Source: Eledone cirrhosa
Taxonomy: Eukaryota
NCBI GenBank assembly: GCA_964016885.1
Contig: OZ024748.1
Coordinates: 34,348,001 to 34,412,000 of the forward strand
Direction of reading: 5' to 3'
DNA length: 64,000 nt
Shown in pieces: positions 18,001 through 36,000 of the stretch; position 1 is the first letter of the stretch, and each line of letters begins with the position of its first letter. The translations under genes were made by a program, and so were the position numbers. A model generated the notes under the pieces. The model was given only the letters and a program-made list of their open reading frames with translations. It was not told the origin of the DNA and did not search any database.

Positions 18001-21000
18001 ATTGACACAACATCACACCACCACACTCTTACACTCCCACATTGGCACAACACCACACCACCACACTCTTACACTCCCACATTGACACAACACTACACCA
18101 CCACACTCTTACACTCCCCACATTGACACAACATCACACCACCACACTCTTACACTCCCACATTGACACAACACCACACCACCACACTCTTACACACCCC
18201 ACATTGACACAACATCACACCACCACACTCTTACACTCCCACATTGACACAACACCACACCACCACACTCTTACACACCCCACATTGACACAACATCACA
18301 CCACCACACTCTTACACTCCCACATTGACACAACACCACACCACCACACTCTTACACTCCCACATTGACACAACACCACACCACCACACTCTTACACTCC
18401 CCACATTGACACAACATCACACCACCACACTCTTACACTCCCACATTGACACAACACCACACCACCACACTCTTACACTCCCCACATTGACACAACATCA
18501 CACCACCACACTCTTACACTCCCACATTGACACAACACCACACCACCACACTCTCACACTCCCACATTGACACAACACCACACCGCCACACTCTCGCATT
18601 CCCAAAAGTACACAACACCACACCACCACACTCTTACACTCCCACAAGAACACAACACCACACCACCACACTCTCACACTCCCACATTGACACAACACCA
18701 CCACACTCTTACACTCCCACAAGAACACAACACCACACCACCACACTCTCACACTCCCACATTGACACTACACCACCACACTCTTACACTCCCACATTGA
18801 CACAACACCACACAACCACACTCTCACACTCCCACATTGACACAACACCACACGACCACACTCTCACACTCCCATATCAACACAACACCACACCACCACA
18901 CTCTTACACTCCTACAAGAACACAACACCACACCACCACACACTTACACTCCTACATTGACACAACACCACACCACCACACTCTTACACTCCCACATTGA
19001 CACAACACCACACCACCACACTCTTACACTCCCACATTGACACAACACCACACCACCACACTCTTACACTCCCACATTGACACAACACCACACCACACCA
19101 CCACACACTTACACTCCCACAAGGACACAACACCACACCACCACACCCTTACACGCCCACAAAAACACAACACCACACCACCACACTCTTACACTCCCAC
19201 ATTGACACAACACCACACCACCACACTCTCACACTCCCACATTGACACAACACCACACCACCACACTCTTACACTCCCACATTGACACAACACCACACCA
19301 CCACACTCTTACACTCCCACAAGGACACAACACTACACCACCACACTCTCACACTCCCACAAGAACACAACACCACACCACCACACACTTACACTCCTAC
19401 AAGGACACAACACCACACCACCACACTCTTACACTCCTACATTGACACAACACCACACCACCACACTCTCACACTCCCACATTGACATAACACCACACCA
19501 CCACACTCTCACACTCCCACATTGACACAACACCACACCACCACACTCTAACACTCCCACATTGACACAACACCACACCACCACACTCTTACACTCCTAC
19601 ATTGACACAACACCACACCACCACACTCTCACACTCCCACATTGACACAACACCACACCACCACACTCTCACACTCCCACATTGACACGACACCACACCA
19701 CCACACTCTTACACTCCCACATTGACACAACAGCACACCACCACACTCTCACACTCCCACATTGACACGACACCACACCACCACACTCTTACACATCCAC
19801 ATTGACAGAACACCACACCACCACACTCTCACACTCCCACATTGACACAACACCACACCACCACTCTCCCACACTCCCACATTGACACAACACCACACCA
19901 CCACACTCTCACACTCCCACAAGGACACAACACCACACCACCACACTCTTAGACTCCCACATTGACAGAACACCACACCACCACACTCTTACACTCCCAC
20001 ATTGACACATCACCACACCACCACACTCTTACACTCCCACATTGACACAACACCACACCACCACAAAGTCACACTCCCACATTAACACAACACCACACCA
20101 CCACACTCTCACACTCCCACATTAACACAACACCACACCACCACACTCTTACACTCCCACGCTGACACAACACTACACCACCACACTCTCACACTCCCAC
20201 ATTAACACAACACCACACCACCACACTCTCACACTCCCACATTAACACAACACCACACCACCACACTCTTACACTCCCACGCTGACACAACACTACACCA
20301 CCACACTCTCACACTTCCACAAGAACACAACACAACACCACACCACCACACTCTCACACTCCCACATTAACACAACACCACACCACCACATCCTCACACT
20401 CCCACAAGGACACAACACCACACCACCACAACCTCACACTCCCACAAGAACACAACACCACACCACCACACTCTAACACTCCCACAAGGACACAACACCA
20501 CACCACCACACTCTCACACTCCCACATTGATACAACACCACACCACCACACTCTTACACTCCCACATTGACACAACACTACACCACCACACTCTGACACT
20601 CCCCACATTGACACAACACTACACCACCACACTCTTACACTCCCCACATTGACACAACACCACACCACCACACTCTCACACTCCCACATTGACACAACAC
20701 CACCACAATCTTACACTCCCCACATTGACACAACATCACACCACCACACTCTTACACTCCCACATTGACACAACACCACACCACCACACTCTCACACTCC
20801 CACATTGATACAACACCACACCACCACACTCTTACACTCCCACATTGACACAACACTACACCACCACACTCTGACACTCCCCACATTGACACAACACTAC
20901 ACCACCACACTCTTACACTCCCCACATTGACACAACACCACACCACCACACTCTCACACTCCCACATTGACACAACACCACCACAATCTTACACTCCCCA

Positions 21001-24000
21001 CATTGACACAACACCACACCCCCACACCCTTACACTCCCCACATTGACACAACATCACACCACCACACTCTTACACTCCCACATTGGCACAACACCACAC
21101 CACCACACTCTTACACTCCCACATTGACACAACACTACACCACCACACTCTTACACTCCCCACATTGACACAACATCACACCACCACACTCTTACACTCC
21201 CACATTGACACAACACCACACCACCACACTCTTACACACCCCACATTGACACAACATCACACCACCACACTCTTACACTCCCACATTGACACAACACCAC
21301 ACCACCACACTCTTACACACCCCACATTGACACAACATCACACCACCACACTCTTACACTCCCACATTGACACAACACCACACCACCACACTCTTACACT
21401 CCCCACATTGACACAACATCACACCACCACACTCTTACACACCCCACATTGACACAACATCACACCACCACACTCTTACACTCCCACATTGACACAACAC
21501 CACACCACCACACTCTTACACTCCCCACATTGACACAACATCACACCACCACACTCTTACACTCCCACATTGACACAACACCACACCACCACACTCTTAC
21601 ACTCCCCACATTGACACAACATCACACCACCACACTCTTACACTCCCACATTGACACAACACCACACCACCACACTCTCACACTCCCACATTGACACAAC
21701 ACCACACCGCCACACTCTCGCATTCCCAAAAGTACACAACACCACACCACCACACTCTTACACTCCCACAAGAACACAACACCACACCACCACACTCTCA
21801 CACTCCCACATTGACACAACACCACCACACTCTTACACTCCCACAAGAACACAACACCACACCACCACACTCTCACACTCCCACATTGACACTACACCAC
21901 CACACTCTTACACTCCCACATTGACACAACACCACACAACCACACTCTCACACTCCCACATTGACACAACACCACACGACCACACTCTCACACTCCCATA
22001 TCAACACAACACCACACCACCACACTCTTACACTCCTACAAGAACACAACACCACACCACCACACACTTACACTCCTACATTGACACAACACCACACCAC
22101 CACACTCTTACACTCCCACATTGACACAACACCACACCACCACACTCTTACACTCCCACATTGACACAACACCACACCACCACACTCTTACACTCCCACA
22201 TTGACACAACACCACACCACACCACCACACACTTACACTCCCACAAGGACACAACACCACACCACCACACTCTTACACGCCCACAAAAACACAACACCAC
22301 ACCACCACACTCTTACACTCCCACATTGACACAACACCACACCACCACACTCTCACACTCCCACATTGACACAACACCACACCACCACACTCTTACACTC
22401 CCACATTGACACAACACCACACCACCACACTCTTACACTCCCACAAGGACACAACACTACACCACCACACTCTCACACTCCCACAAGAACACAACACCAC
22501 ACCACCACACACTTACACTCCTACAAGGACACAACACCACACCACCACACTCTTACACTCCTACATTGACACAACACCACACCACCACACTCTCACACTC
22601 CCACATTGACATAACACCACACCACCACACTCTCACACTCCCACATTGACACAACACCACACCACCACACTCTAACACTCCCACATTGACACAACACCAC
22701 ACCACCACACTCTTACACTCCTACATTGACACAACACCACACCACCACACTCTCACACTCCCACATTGACACAACACCACACCACCACACTCTCACACTC
22801 CCACATTGACACGACACCACACCACCACACTCTTACACTCCCACATTGACACAACAGCACACCACCACACTCTCACACTCCCACATTGACACGACACCAC
22901 ACCACCACACTCTTACACATCCACATTGACAGAACACCACACCACCACACTCTCACACTCCCACATTGACACAACACCACACCACCACTCTCCCACACTC
23001 CCACATTGACACAACACCACACCACCACACTCTCACACTCCCACAAGGACACAACACCACACCACCACACTCTTAGACTCCCACATTGACAGAACACCAC
23101 ACCACCACACTCTTACACTCCCACATTGACACATCACCACACCACCACACTCTTACACTCCCACATTGACACAACACCACACCACCACAAAGTCACACTC
23201 CCACATTAACACAACACCACACCACCACACTCTCACACTCCCACATTAACACAACACCACACCACCACACTCTTACACTCCCACGCTGACACAACACTAC
23301 ACCACCACACTCTCACACTCCCACATTAACACAACACCACACCACCACACTCTCACACTCCCACATTAACACAACACCACACCACCACACTCTTACACTC
23401 CCACGCTGACACAACACTACACCACCACACTCTCACACTTCCACAAGAACACAACACAACACCACACCACCACACTCTCACACTCCCACATTAACACAAC
23501 ACCACACCACCACATCCTCACACTCCCACAAGGACACAACACCACACCACCACAATCTCACACTCCCACAAGAACACAACACCACACCACCACACTCTAA
23601 CACTCCCACAAGGACACAACACCACACCACCACACTCTCACACTCCCACATTGATACAACACCACACCACCACACTCTTACACTCCCACATTGACACAAC
23701 ACTACACCACCACACTCTGACACTCCCCACATTGACACAACACTACACCACCACACTCTTACACTCCCCACATTGACACAACACCACACCACCACACTCT
23801 CACACTCCCACATTGACACAACACCACCACAATCTTACACTCCCCACATTGACACAACACCACACCCCCACACCCTTACACTCCCCACATTGACACAACA
23901 TCACACCACCACACTCTTACACTCCCACATTGACACAACACCACACCACCACACTCTTACACTCCCACATTGACACAACACCACACCACCACACTCTTAC

Positions 24001-27000
24001 ACTCCCCACATTGACACAACATCACACCACCACACTCTTACACTCCCACATTGACACAACACCACACCACCACACTCTTACACTCACACATTGACACAAC
24101 ACCACACCACCACACTCTTACACACCCCACATTGACACAACATCACACCACCACACTCTTACACTCCCACATTGACACAACACCACACCACCACACTCTT
24201 ACACTCCCACATTGACACAACACCACACCACCACACTCTTACACTCCCCACATTGACACAACATCACACCACCACACTCTTACACTCCCACATTGACACA
24301 ACACCACACCACCACACTCTTACACTCCCCACATTGACACAACATCACACCACCACACTCTTACACTCCCACATTGACACAACACCACACCACCACACTC
24401 TCACACTCCCACATTGACACAACACCACACCGCCACACTCTCGCATTCCCACAAGTACACAACACCACACCACCACACTCTTACACTCCCACAAGAACAC
24501 AACACCACACCACCACACTCTCACACTCCCACATTGACACAACACCACCACACTCTTACACTCCCACAAGAACACAACACCACACCACCACACTCTCACA
24601 CTCCCACATTGACACTACACCACCACACTCTTACACTCCCACATTGACACAACACCACACAACCACACTCTCACACTCCCACATTGACACAACACCACAC
24701 GACCACACTCTCACACTCCCATATCAACACAACACCACACCACCACACTCTTACACTCCTACAAGAACACAACACCACACCACCACACACTTACACTCCT
24801 ACATTGACACAACACCACACCACCACACTCTTACACTCCCACATTGACACAACACCACACCACCACACTCTTACACTCCCACATTGACACAACACCACAC
24901 CACACCACCACACTCTTACACGCCCACATTGACACAACACCACACCACCACACACTTACACTCCGACAAGGACACAACACCACACCACCACACTCTTACA
25001 CTCCCACATTGACACAACACCACACCACCACACTCTCACACTCCCACATTGACACAACACCACACCACCACACTCTAACACTCCCACATTGACACAACAC
25101 CACACCACCACACTCTTACACTCCTACATTGACACAACACCACACCACCACACTCTCACACTCCCACATTGACACAACACCACACCACCACACTCTCACA
25201 CTCCCACATTGACACGACACCACACCACCACACTCTTACACTCCCACATTGACACAACAGCACACCACCACACTCTCACACTCCCACATTGACACGACAC
25301 CACACCACCACACTCTTACACTCCCACATTGACACAACACCACACCACCACACTCTCACACTCCCACATTGACACAACACCACACCACCACTCTCTCACA
25401 CTCCCACATTGACACAACACCACACCACCACACTCTCACACTCCCACATTGACACAACACCACACCACCACACTCTTAGACTCCCACATTGACAGAACAC
25501 CACACCACCACACTCTTACACTCCCACATTGACACATCACCACACCACCACACTCTTACTCTCCCACATTGACACAACACCACACCACCACACTCTCACA
25601 CTCCCACATTAACACAACACCACACCACCACACTCTTACACTCCCACGCTGACACAACACTACACCACCACACTCTCACACTCCCACAAGAACACAACAC
25701 CTCACCACCACACTCTTACACTCCCACATTGACACAACACCACACCACCACAAACTCACACTCCCACATTAACACAACACCACACCACCACACTCTCACA
25801 CTCCCACATTAACACAACACCACACCACCACACTCTTACACTCCCACGCTGACACAACACTACACCACCACACTCTCACACTTCCACAAGAACACAACAC
25901 AACACCACACCACCACACTCTCACACTCCCACATTAACACAACACCACACCACCACATCCTCACACTCCCACAAGGACACAACACCACACCACCACAACC
26001 TCACACTCCCACAAGAACACAACACCACACCACCACACTCTAACACTCCCACAAGGACACAACACCACACCACCACACTCTCACACTCCCACATTGATAC
26101 AACACCACACCACCACACTCTTACACTCCCACATTGACACAACACTACACCACCACACTCTTACACTCCCCACATTGACACAACACTACACCACCACACT
26201 CTTACACTCCCCACATTGACACAACACCACACCACCACACTCTCACACTCCCACATTGACACAACACCACCACAATCTTACACTCCCCACATTGACACAA
26301 CACCACATCCCCACACTCTTACACTCCCACATTGACACAACACCACACCACCACACTCTCACACTCCCACATTGACACAACACCACCACAATCTAACACT
26401 CCCCACATTGACACAGCACCACACCCCCACACCCTTACACTCCCCACATTGACACAACATCACACCACCACACTCTTACACTCCCACATTGACACAACAC
26501 CACACCACCACACTCTTACACTCCCACATTGACACAACACCACACCACCACACTCTTACACTCCCCACATTGACACAACATCACACCACCACACTCTTAC
26601 ACTCCCACATTGACACAACACCACACCACCACACTCTTACACACCCCACATTGACACAACATCACACCACCACACTCTTACACTCCCACATTGACACAAC
26701 ACCACACCACCACACTCTTACACTCCCACATTGACACAACACCACACCACCACACTCTTACACTCCCCACATTGACACAACATCACACCACCACACTCTT
26801 ACACTCCCACATTGACACAACACCACACCACCACACTCTTACACTCCCCACATTGACACAACATCACACCACCACACTCTTACACACCCACATTGACACA
26901 ACACCACACCACCACACTCTCACACTCCCACATTGACACAACACCACACCGCCACACTCTCGCATTCCCAAAAGTACACAACACCACACCACCACACTCT

Positions 27001-30000
27001 TACACTCCCACAAGAACACAACACCACACCACCACACTCTCACACTCCCACATTGACACAACACCACCACACTCTTACACTCCCACAAGAACACAACACC
27101 ACACCACCACACTCTCACACTCCCACATTGACACTACACCACCACACTCTTACACTCCCACATTGACACAACACCACACAACCACACTCTCACACTCCCA
27201 CATTGACACAACACCACACGACCACACTCTCACACTCCCATATCAACACAACACCACACCACCACACTCTTACACTCCTACAAGAACACAACACCACACC
27301 ACCACACACTTACACTCCTACATTGACACAACACCACACCACCACACTCTTACACTCCCACATTGACACAACACCACACCACCACACTCTTACACTCCCA
27401 CATTGACACAACACCACACCACCACACTCTTACACTCCCACATTGACACAACGCCACACCACACCACCACACACTTACACTCCCACAAGGACACAACACC
27501 ACACCACCACACTCTTACACGCCCACAAAAACACAACACCACACCACCACACTCTTACACTCCCACATTGACACAACACCACACCACCACACTCTCACAC
27601 TCCCACATTGACACAACACCACACCACCACACTCTTACACTCCCACATTGACACAACACCACACCACCACACTCTTACACTCCCACAAGGACACAACACT
27701 ACACCACCACACTCTCACACTCCCACAAGAACACAACACCACACCACCACACACTTACACTCCTACAAGGACACAACACCACACCACCACACTCTTACAC
27801 TCCTACATTGACACAACACCACACCACCACACTCTCACACTCCCACATTGACATAACACCACACCACCACACTCTCACACTCCCACATTGACACAACACC
27901 ACACCACCACACTCTAACACTCCCACATTGACACAACACCACACCACCACACTCTTACACTCCTACATTGACACAACACCACACCACCACACTCTCACAC
28001 TCCCACATTGACACAACACCACACCACCACACTCTCACACTCCCACATTGACACGACACCACACCACCACACTCTTACACTCCCACATTGACACAACAGC
28101 ACACCACCACACTCTCACACTCCCACATTGACACGACACCACACCACCACACTCTTACACATCCACATTGACAGAACACCACACCACCACACTCTCACAC
28201 TCCCACATTGACACAACACCACACCACCACTCTCCCACACTCCCACATTGACACAACACCACACCACCACACTCTCACACTCCCACAAGGACACAACACC
28301 ACACCACCACACTCTTAGACTCCCACATTGACAGAACACCACACCACCACACTCTTACACTCCCACATTGACACATCACCACACCACCACACTCTTACAC
28401 TCCCACATTGACACAACACCACACCACCACAAAGTCACACTCCCACATTAACACAACACCACACCACCACACTCTCACACTCCCACATTAACACAACACC
28501 ACACCACCACACTCTTACACTCCCACGCTGACACAACACTACACCACCACACTCTCACACTCCCACAAGAACACAACACCTCACCACCACACTCTTACAC
28601 TCCCACATTGACACAACACCACACCACCACAAACTTACACTCCCACATTAACACAACACCACACCACCACACTCTCACACTCCCACATTAACACAACACC
28701 ACACCACCACACTCTTACACTCCCACGCTGACACAACACTACACCACCACACTCTCACACTTCCACAAGAACACAACACAACACCACACCACCACACTCT
28801 CACACTCCCACATTAACACAACACCACACCACCACATCCTCACACTCCCACAAGGACACAACACCACACCACCACAACCTCACACTCCCACAAGAACACA
28901 ACACCACACCACCACACTCTAACACTCCCACAAGGACACAACACCACACCACCACACTCTCACACTCCCACATTGATACAACACCACACCACCACACTCT
29001 TACACTCCCACATTGACACAACACTACACCACCACACTCTGACACTCCCCACATTGACACAACACTACACCACCACACTCTTACACTCCCCACATTGACA
29101 CAACACCACACCACCACACTCTCACACTCCCACATTGACACAACACCACCACAATCTTACACTCCCCACATTGACACAACACCACACCCCCACACCCTTA
29201 CACTCCCCACATTGACACAACATCACACCACCACACTCTTACACTCCCACATTGACACAACACCACACCACCACACTCTTACACTCCCACATTGACACAA
29301 CACCACACCACCACACTCTTACACTCCCCACATTGACACAACATCACACCACCACACTCTTACACTCCCACATTGACACAACACCACACCACCACACTCT
29401 TACACTCACACATTGACACAACACCACACCACCACACTCTTACACACCCCACATTGACACAACATCACACCACCACACTCTTACACTCCCACATTGACAC
29501 AACACCACACCACCACACTCTTACACTCCCACATTGACACAACACCACACCACCACACTCTTACACTCCCCACATTGACAGAACATCACACCACCACACT
29601 CTTACACTCCCACATTGACACAACACCACACCACCACACTCTTACACTCCCCACATTGACACAACATCACACCACCACACTCTTACACTCCCACATTGAC
29701 ACAACACCACACCACCACACTCTCACACTCCCACATTGACACAACACCACACCGCCACACTCTCGCATTCCCACAAGTACACAACACCACACCACCACAC
29801 TCTTACACTCCCACAAGAACACAACACCACACCACCACACTCTCACACTCCCACATTGACACAACACCACCACACTCTTACACTCCCACAAGAACACAAC
29901 ACCACACCACCACACTCTCACACTCCCACATTGACACTACACCACCACACTCTTACACTCCCACATTGACACAACACCACACAACCACACTCTCACACTC

Positions 30001-33000
30001 CCACATTGACACAACACCACACGACCACACTCTCACACTCCCATATCAACACAACACCACACCACCACACTCTTACACTCCTACAAGAACACAACACCAC
30101 ACCACCACACACTTACACTCCTACATTGACACAACACCACACCACCACACTCTTACACTCCCACATTGACACAACACCACACCACCACACTCTTACACTC
30201 CCACATTGACACAACACCACACCACCACACTCTTACACTCCCACATTGACACAACACCACACCACACCACCACACTCTTACACGCCCACATTGACACAAC
30301 ACCACACCACCACACTCTTACACTCCGACAAGGACACAACACCACACCACCACACTCTTACACTCCCACATTGACACAACACCACACCACCACACTCTCA
30401 CACTCCCACATTGACACAACACCACACCACCACACTCTAACACTCCCACATTGACACAACACCACACCACCACACTCTTACACTCCTACATTGACACAAC
30501 ACCACACCACCACACTCTCACACTCCCACATTGACACAACACCACACCACCACACTCTCACACTCCCACATTGACACGACACCACACCACCACACTCTTA
30601 CACTCCCACATTGACACAACAGCACACCACCACACTCTCACACTCCCACATTGACACGACACCACACCACCACACTCTTACACTCCCACATTGACACAAC
30701 ACCACACCACCACACTCTCACACTCCCACATTGACACAACACCACACCACCACTCTCTCACACTCCCACATTGACACAACACCACACCACCACACTCTCA
30801 CACTCCCACATTGACACAACACCACACCACCACACTCTTAGACTCCCACATTGACAGAACACCACACCACCACACTCTTACACTCCCACATTGACACATC
30901 ACCACACCACCACACTCTTACTCTCCCACATTGACACAACACCACACCACCACACTCTCACACTCCCACATTAACACAACACCACACCACCACACTCTTA
31001 CACTCCCACGCTGACACAACACTACACCACCACACTCTCACACTCCCACAAGAACACAACACCTCACCACCACACTCTTACACTCCCACATTGACACAAC
31101 ACCACACCACCACAAACTCACACTCCCACATTAACACAACACCACACCACAACACTCTCACACTCCCACATTAACACAACACCACACCACCACACTCTTA
31201 CACTCCCACGCTGACACAACACTACACCACCACACTCTCACACTTCCACAAGAACACAACACAACACCACACCACCACACTCTCACACTCCCACATTAAC
31301 ACAACACCACACCACCACATCCTCACACTCCCACAAGGACACAACACCACACCACCACAACCTCACACTCCCACAAGAACACAACACCACACCACCACAC
31401 TCTAACACTCCCACAAGGACACAACACCACACCACCACACTCTCACACTCCCACATTGATACAACACCACACCACCACACTCTTACACTCCCACATTGAC
31501 ACAACACTACACCACCACACTCTTACACTCCCCACATTGACACAACACTACACCACCACACTCTTACACTCCCCACATTGACACAACACCACACCACCAC
31601 ACTCTCACACTCCCACATTGACACAACACCACCACAATCTTACACTCCCCACATTGACACAACACCACACCCCCACACTCTTACACTCCCACATTGACAC
31701 AACACCACACCACCACACTCTCACACTCCCACATTGACACAACACCACCACAATCTAACACTCCCCACATTGACACAGCACCACACCCCCACACCCTTAC
31801 ACTCCCCACATTGACACAACATCACACCACCACACTCTTACACTCCCACATTGACACAACACCACACCACCACACTCTTACACTCCCACATTGACACAAC
31901 ACCACACCACCACACTCTTACACTCCCCACATTGACACAACATCACACCACCACACTCTTACACTCCCACATTGACACAACACCACACCACCACACTCTT
32001 ACACACCCCACATTGACACAACATCACACCACCACACTCTTACACTCCCACATTGACACAACACCACACCACCACACACTTACACCCCCACATTGACACA
32101 ACACCACACCACCACACTCTTACACACCCACATTGACACAACACCACACCACCACACTCTTACACTCCCCACATTGACACAACATCACACCACCACACTC
32201 TTACACTCCCACATTGACACAACACCACACCACCACACACTTACACTCCCACATTGACACAACACCACACCACCACACTCTTACACTCCCCACAAGGACA
32301 CAACACCACACCACCACACTCTTACACTCCCACAAGAACACAACACCACACCACCACACTCTCACACTCCCACATTGACACAACACCACCACACTCTTAC
32401 ACTCCCACAAGAACACAACACCACACCACCACACTCTCACACTCCCACATTGACACTACACCACCACACTCTTACACTCCCACAAGAACACAACACCACA
32501 CCACCACACTCTTACACTCCCACAAGGAGACAACACCACACCACCACACTCTTACACGCCCACAAGAACACAACACCACACCACCACACTCTTACACTCC
32601 CACATTGACACAACACCACACCACCACACTCTTACACTCCCACATTGACACAACACCACACCACCACACTCTTACACTCCCACATTGACACAACACCACA
32701 CCACCACACTCTTACACTCCCACAAGGACACAACACCACACCACCACACTCTTACACGCCCACAAGAACACAACAGCACACCACCACACTCTTACACTCC
32801 CACATTGACACAACACCACACCACCACACTCTTACACTCCCACATTGACACAACACCACACCACCACACTCTTACACTCCCACATTGACACAGCACCACA
32901 CCACCACACTCTTACACTTCCACATTGACACAACACCACACCACCACACACTTACACTACCACAAGGACACAACACCACACCACCACACTCTTACACGCC

Positions 33001-36000
33001 CACAAAAACACAACACCACACCACCACACTCTTACACTCCCACATTGACACAACACCACACCACCACACTCTCACACTCCCACATTGACACAACACCACA
33101 CCACCACACTCTTACACTCCCACATTGACACAACACCACACCACCACACTCTTACACTCCCACAAGGACACAACACTACACCACCACACTCTCACACTCC
33201 CACAAGAACACAACACCACACCACCACACACTTACACTCCTACAAGGACACAACACCACACCACCACACTCTTACACTCCTACATTGACACAACACCACA
33301 CCACCACACTCTCACACTCCCACATTGACACAACACCACACCACCACACTCTCACACTCCCACATTGACACAACACCACACCACCACACTCTAACACTCC
33401 CACATTGACACAACACCACACCACCACACTCTTACACTCCTACATTGACACAACACCACACCACCACACTCTCACACTCCCACATTGACACAACACCACA
33501 CCACCACACTCTCACACTCCCACATTGACACGACACCACACCACCACACTCTTACACTCCCACATTGACACAACAGCACACCACCACACTCTCACACTCC
33601 CACATTGACACGACACCACACCACCACACTCTTACACTCCCACATTGACACAACACCACACCACCACACTCTCACACTCCCACATTGACACAACACCACA
33701 CCACCACTCTCCCACACTCCCACATTGACACAACACCACACCACCACACTCTCACACTCCCACAAGGACACAACACCACACCACCACACTCTTAGACTCC
33801 CACATTGACAGAACACCACACCACCACACTCTTACACTCCCACATTGACACATCACCACACCACCACACTCTTACACTCCCACATTGACACAACACCACA
33901 CCACCACAAAGTCACACTCCCACATTAACACAACACCACACCACCACACTCTCACACTCCCACATTAACACAACACCACACCACCACACTCTTACACTCC
34001 CACGCTGACACAACACTACACCACCACACTCTCACACTCCCACAAGAACACAACACCTCACCACCACACTCTTACACTCCCACATTGACACAACACCACA
34101 CCACCACAAACTCACACTCCCACATTAACACAACACCACACCACCACACTCTCACACTCCCACATTAACACAACACCACACCACCACACTCTTACACTCC
34201 CACGCTGACACAACACTACACCACCACACTCTCACACTTCCACAAGAACACAACACAACACCACACCACCACACTCTCACACTCCCACATTAACACAACA
34301 CCACACCACCACATCCTCACACTCCCACAAGGACACAACACCACACCACCACAACCTCACACTCCCACAAGAACACAACACCACACCACCACACTCTAAC
34401 ACTCCCACAAGGACACAACACCACACCACCACACTCTCACACTCCCACATTGATACAACACCACACCACCACACTCTTACACTCCCACATTGACACAACA
34501 CTACACCACCACACTCTGACACTCCCCACATTGACACAACACTACACCACCACACTCTTACACTCCCCACATTGACACAACACCACACCACCACACTCTC
34601 ACACTCCCACATTGGCACAACACCACCACAATCTTACACTCCCCACATTGACACAACACCACACCCCCACACCCTTACACTCCCCACATTGACACAACAT
34701 CACACCACCACACTCTTACACTCCCACATTGGCACAACACCACACCACCACACTCTTACACTCCCACATTGACACAACACTACACCACCACACTCTTACA
34801 CTCCCCACATTGACACAACATCACACCACCACACTCTTACACTCCCACATTGACACAACACCACACCACCACACTCTTACACACCCCACATTGACACAAC
34901 ATCACACCACCACACTCTTACACTCCCACATTGACACAACACCACACCACCACACTCTTACACACCCCACATTGACACAACATCACACCACCACACTCTT
35001 ACACTCCCACATTGACACAACACCACACCACCACACTCTTACACTCCCACATTGACACAACACCACACCACCACACTCTTACACTCCCCACATTGACACA
35101 ACATCACACCACCACACTCTTACACTCCCACATTGACACAACACCACACCACCACACTCTTACACTCCCCACATTGACACAACATCACACCACCACACTC
35201 TTACACTCCCACATTGACACAACACCACACCACCACACTCTCACACTCCCACATTGACACAACACCACACCGCCACACTCTCGCATTCCCAAAAGTACAC
35301 AACACCACACCACCACACTCTTACACTCCCACAAGAACACAACACCACACCACCACACTCTCACACTCCCACATTGACACAACACCACCACACTCTTACA
35401 CTCCCACAAGAACACAACACCACACCACCACACTCTCACACTCCCACATTGACACTACACCACCACACTCTTACACTCCCACATTGACACAACACCACAC
35501 AACCACACTCTCACACTCCCACATTGACACAACACCACACGACCACACTCTCACACTCCCATATCAACACAACACCACACCACCACACTCTTACACTCCT
35601 ACAAGAACACAACACCACACCACCACACACTTACACTCCTACATTGACACAACACCACACCACCACACTCTTACACTCCCACATTGACACAACACCACAC
35701 CACCACACTCTTACACTCCCACATTGACACAACACCACACCACCACACTCTTACACTCCCACATTGACACAACACCACACCACACCACCACACACTTACA
35801 CTCCCACAAGGACACAACACCACACCACCACACTCTTACACGCCCACAAAAACACAACACCACACCACCACACTCTTACACTCCCACATTGACACAAAAC
35901 CACACCACCACACTCTCACACTCCCACATTGACACAACACCACACCACCACACTCTTACACTCCCACATTGACACAACACCACACCACCACACTCTTACA

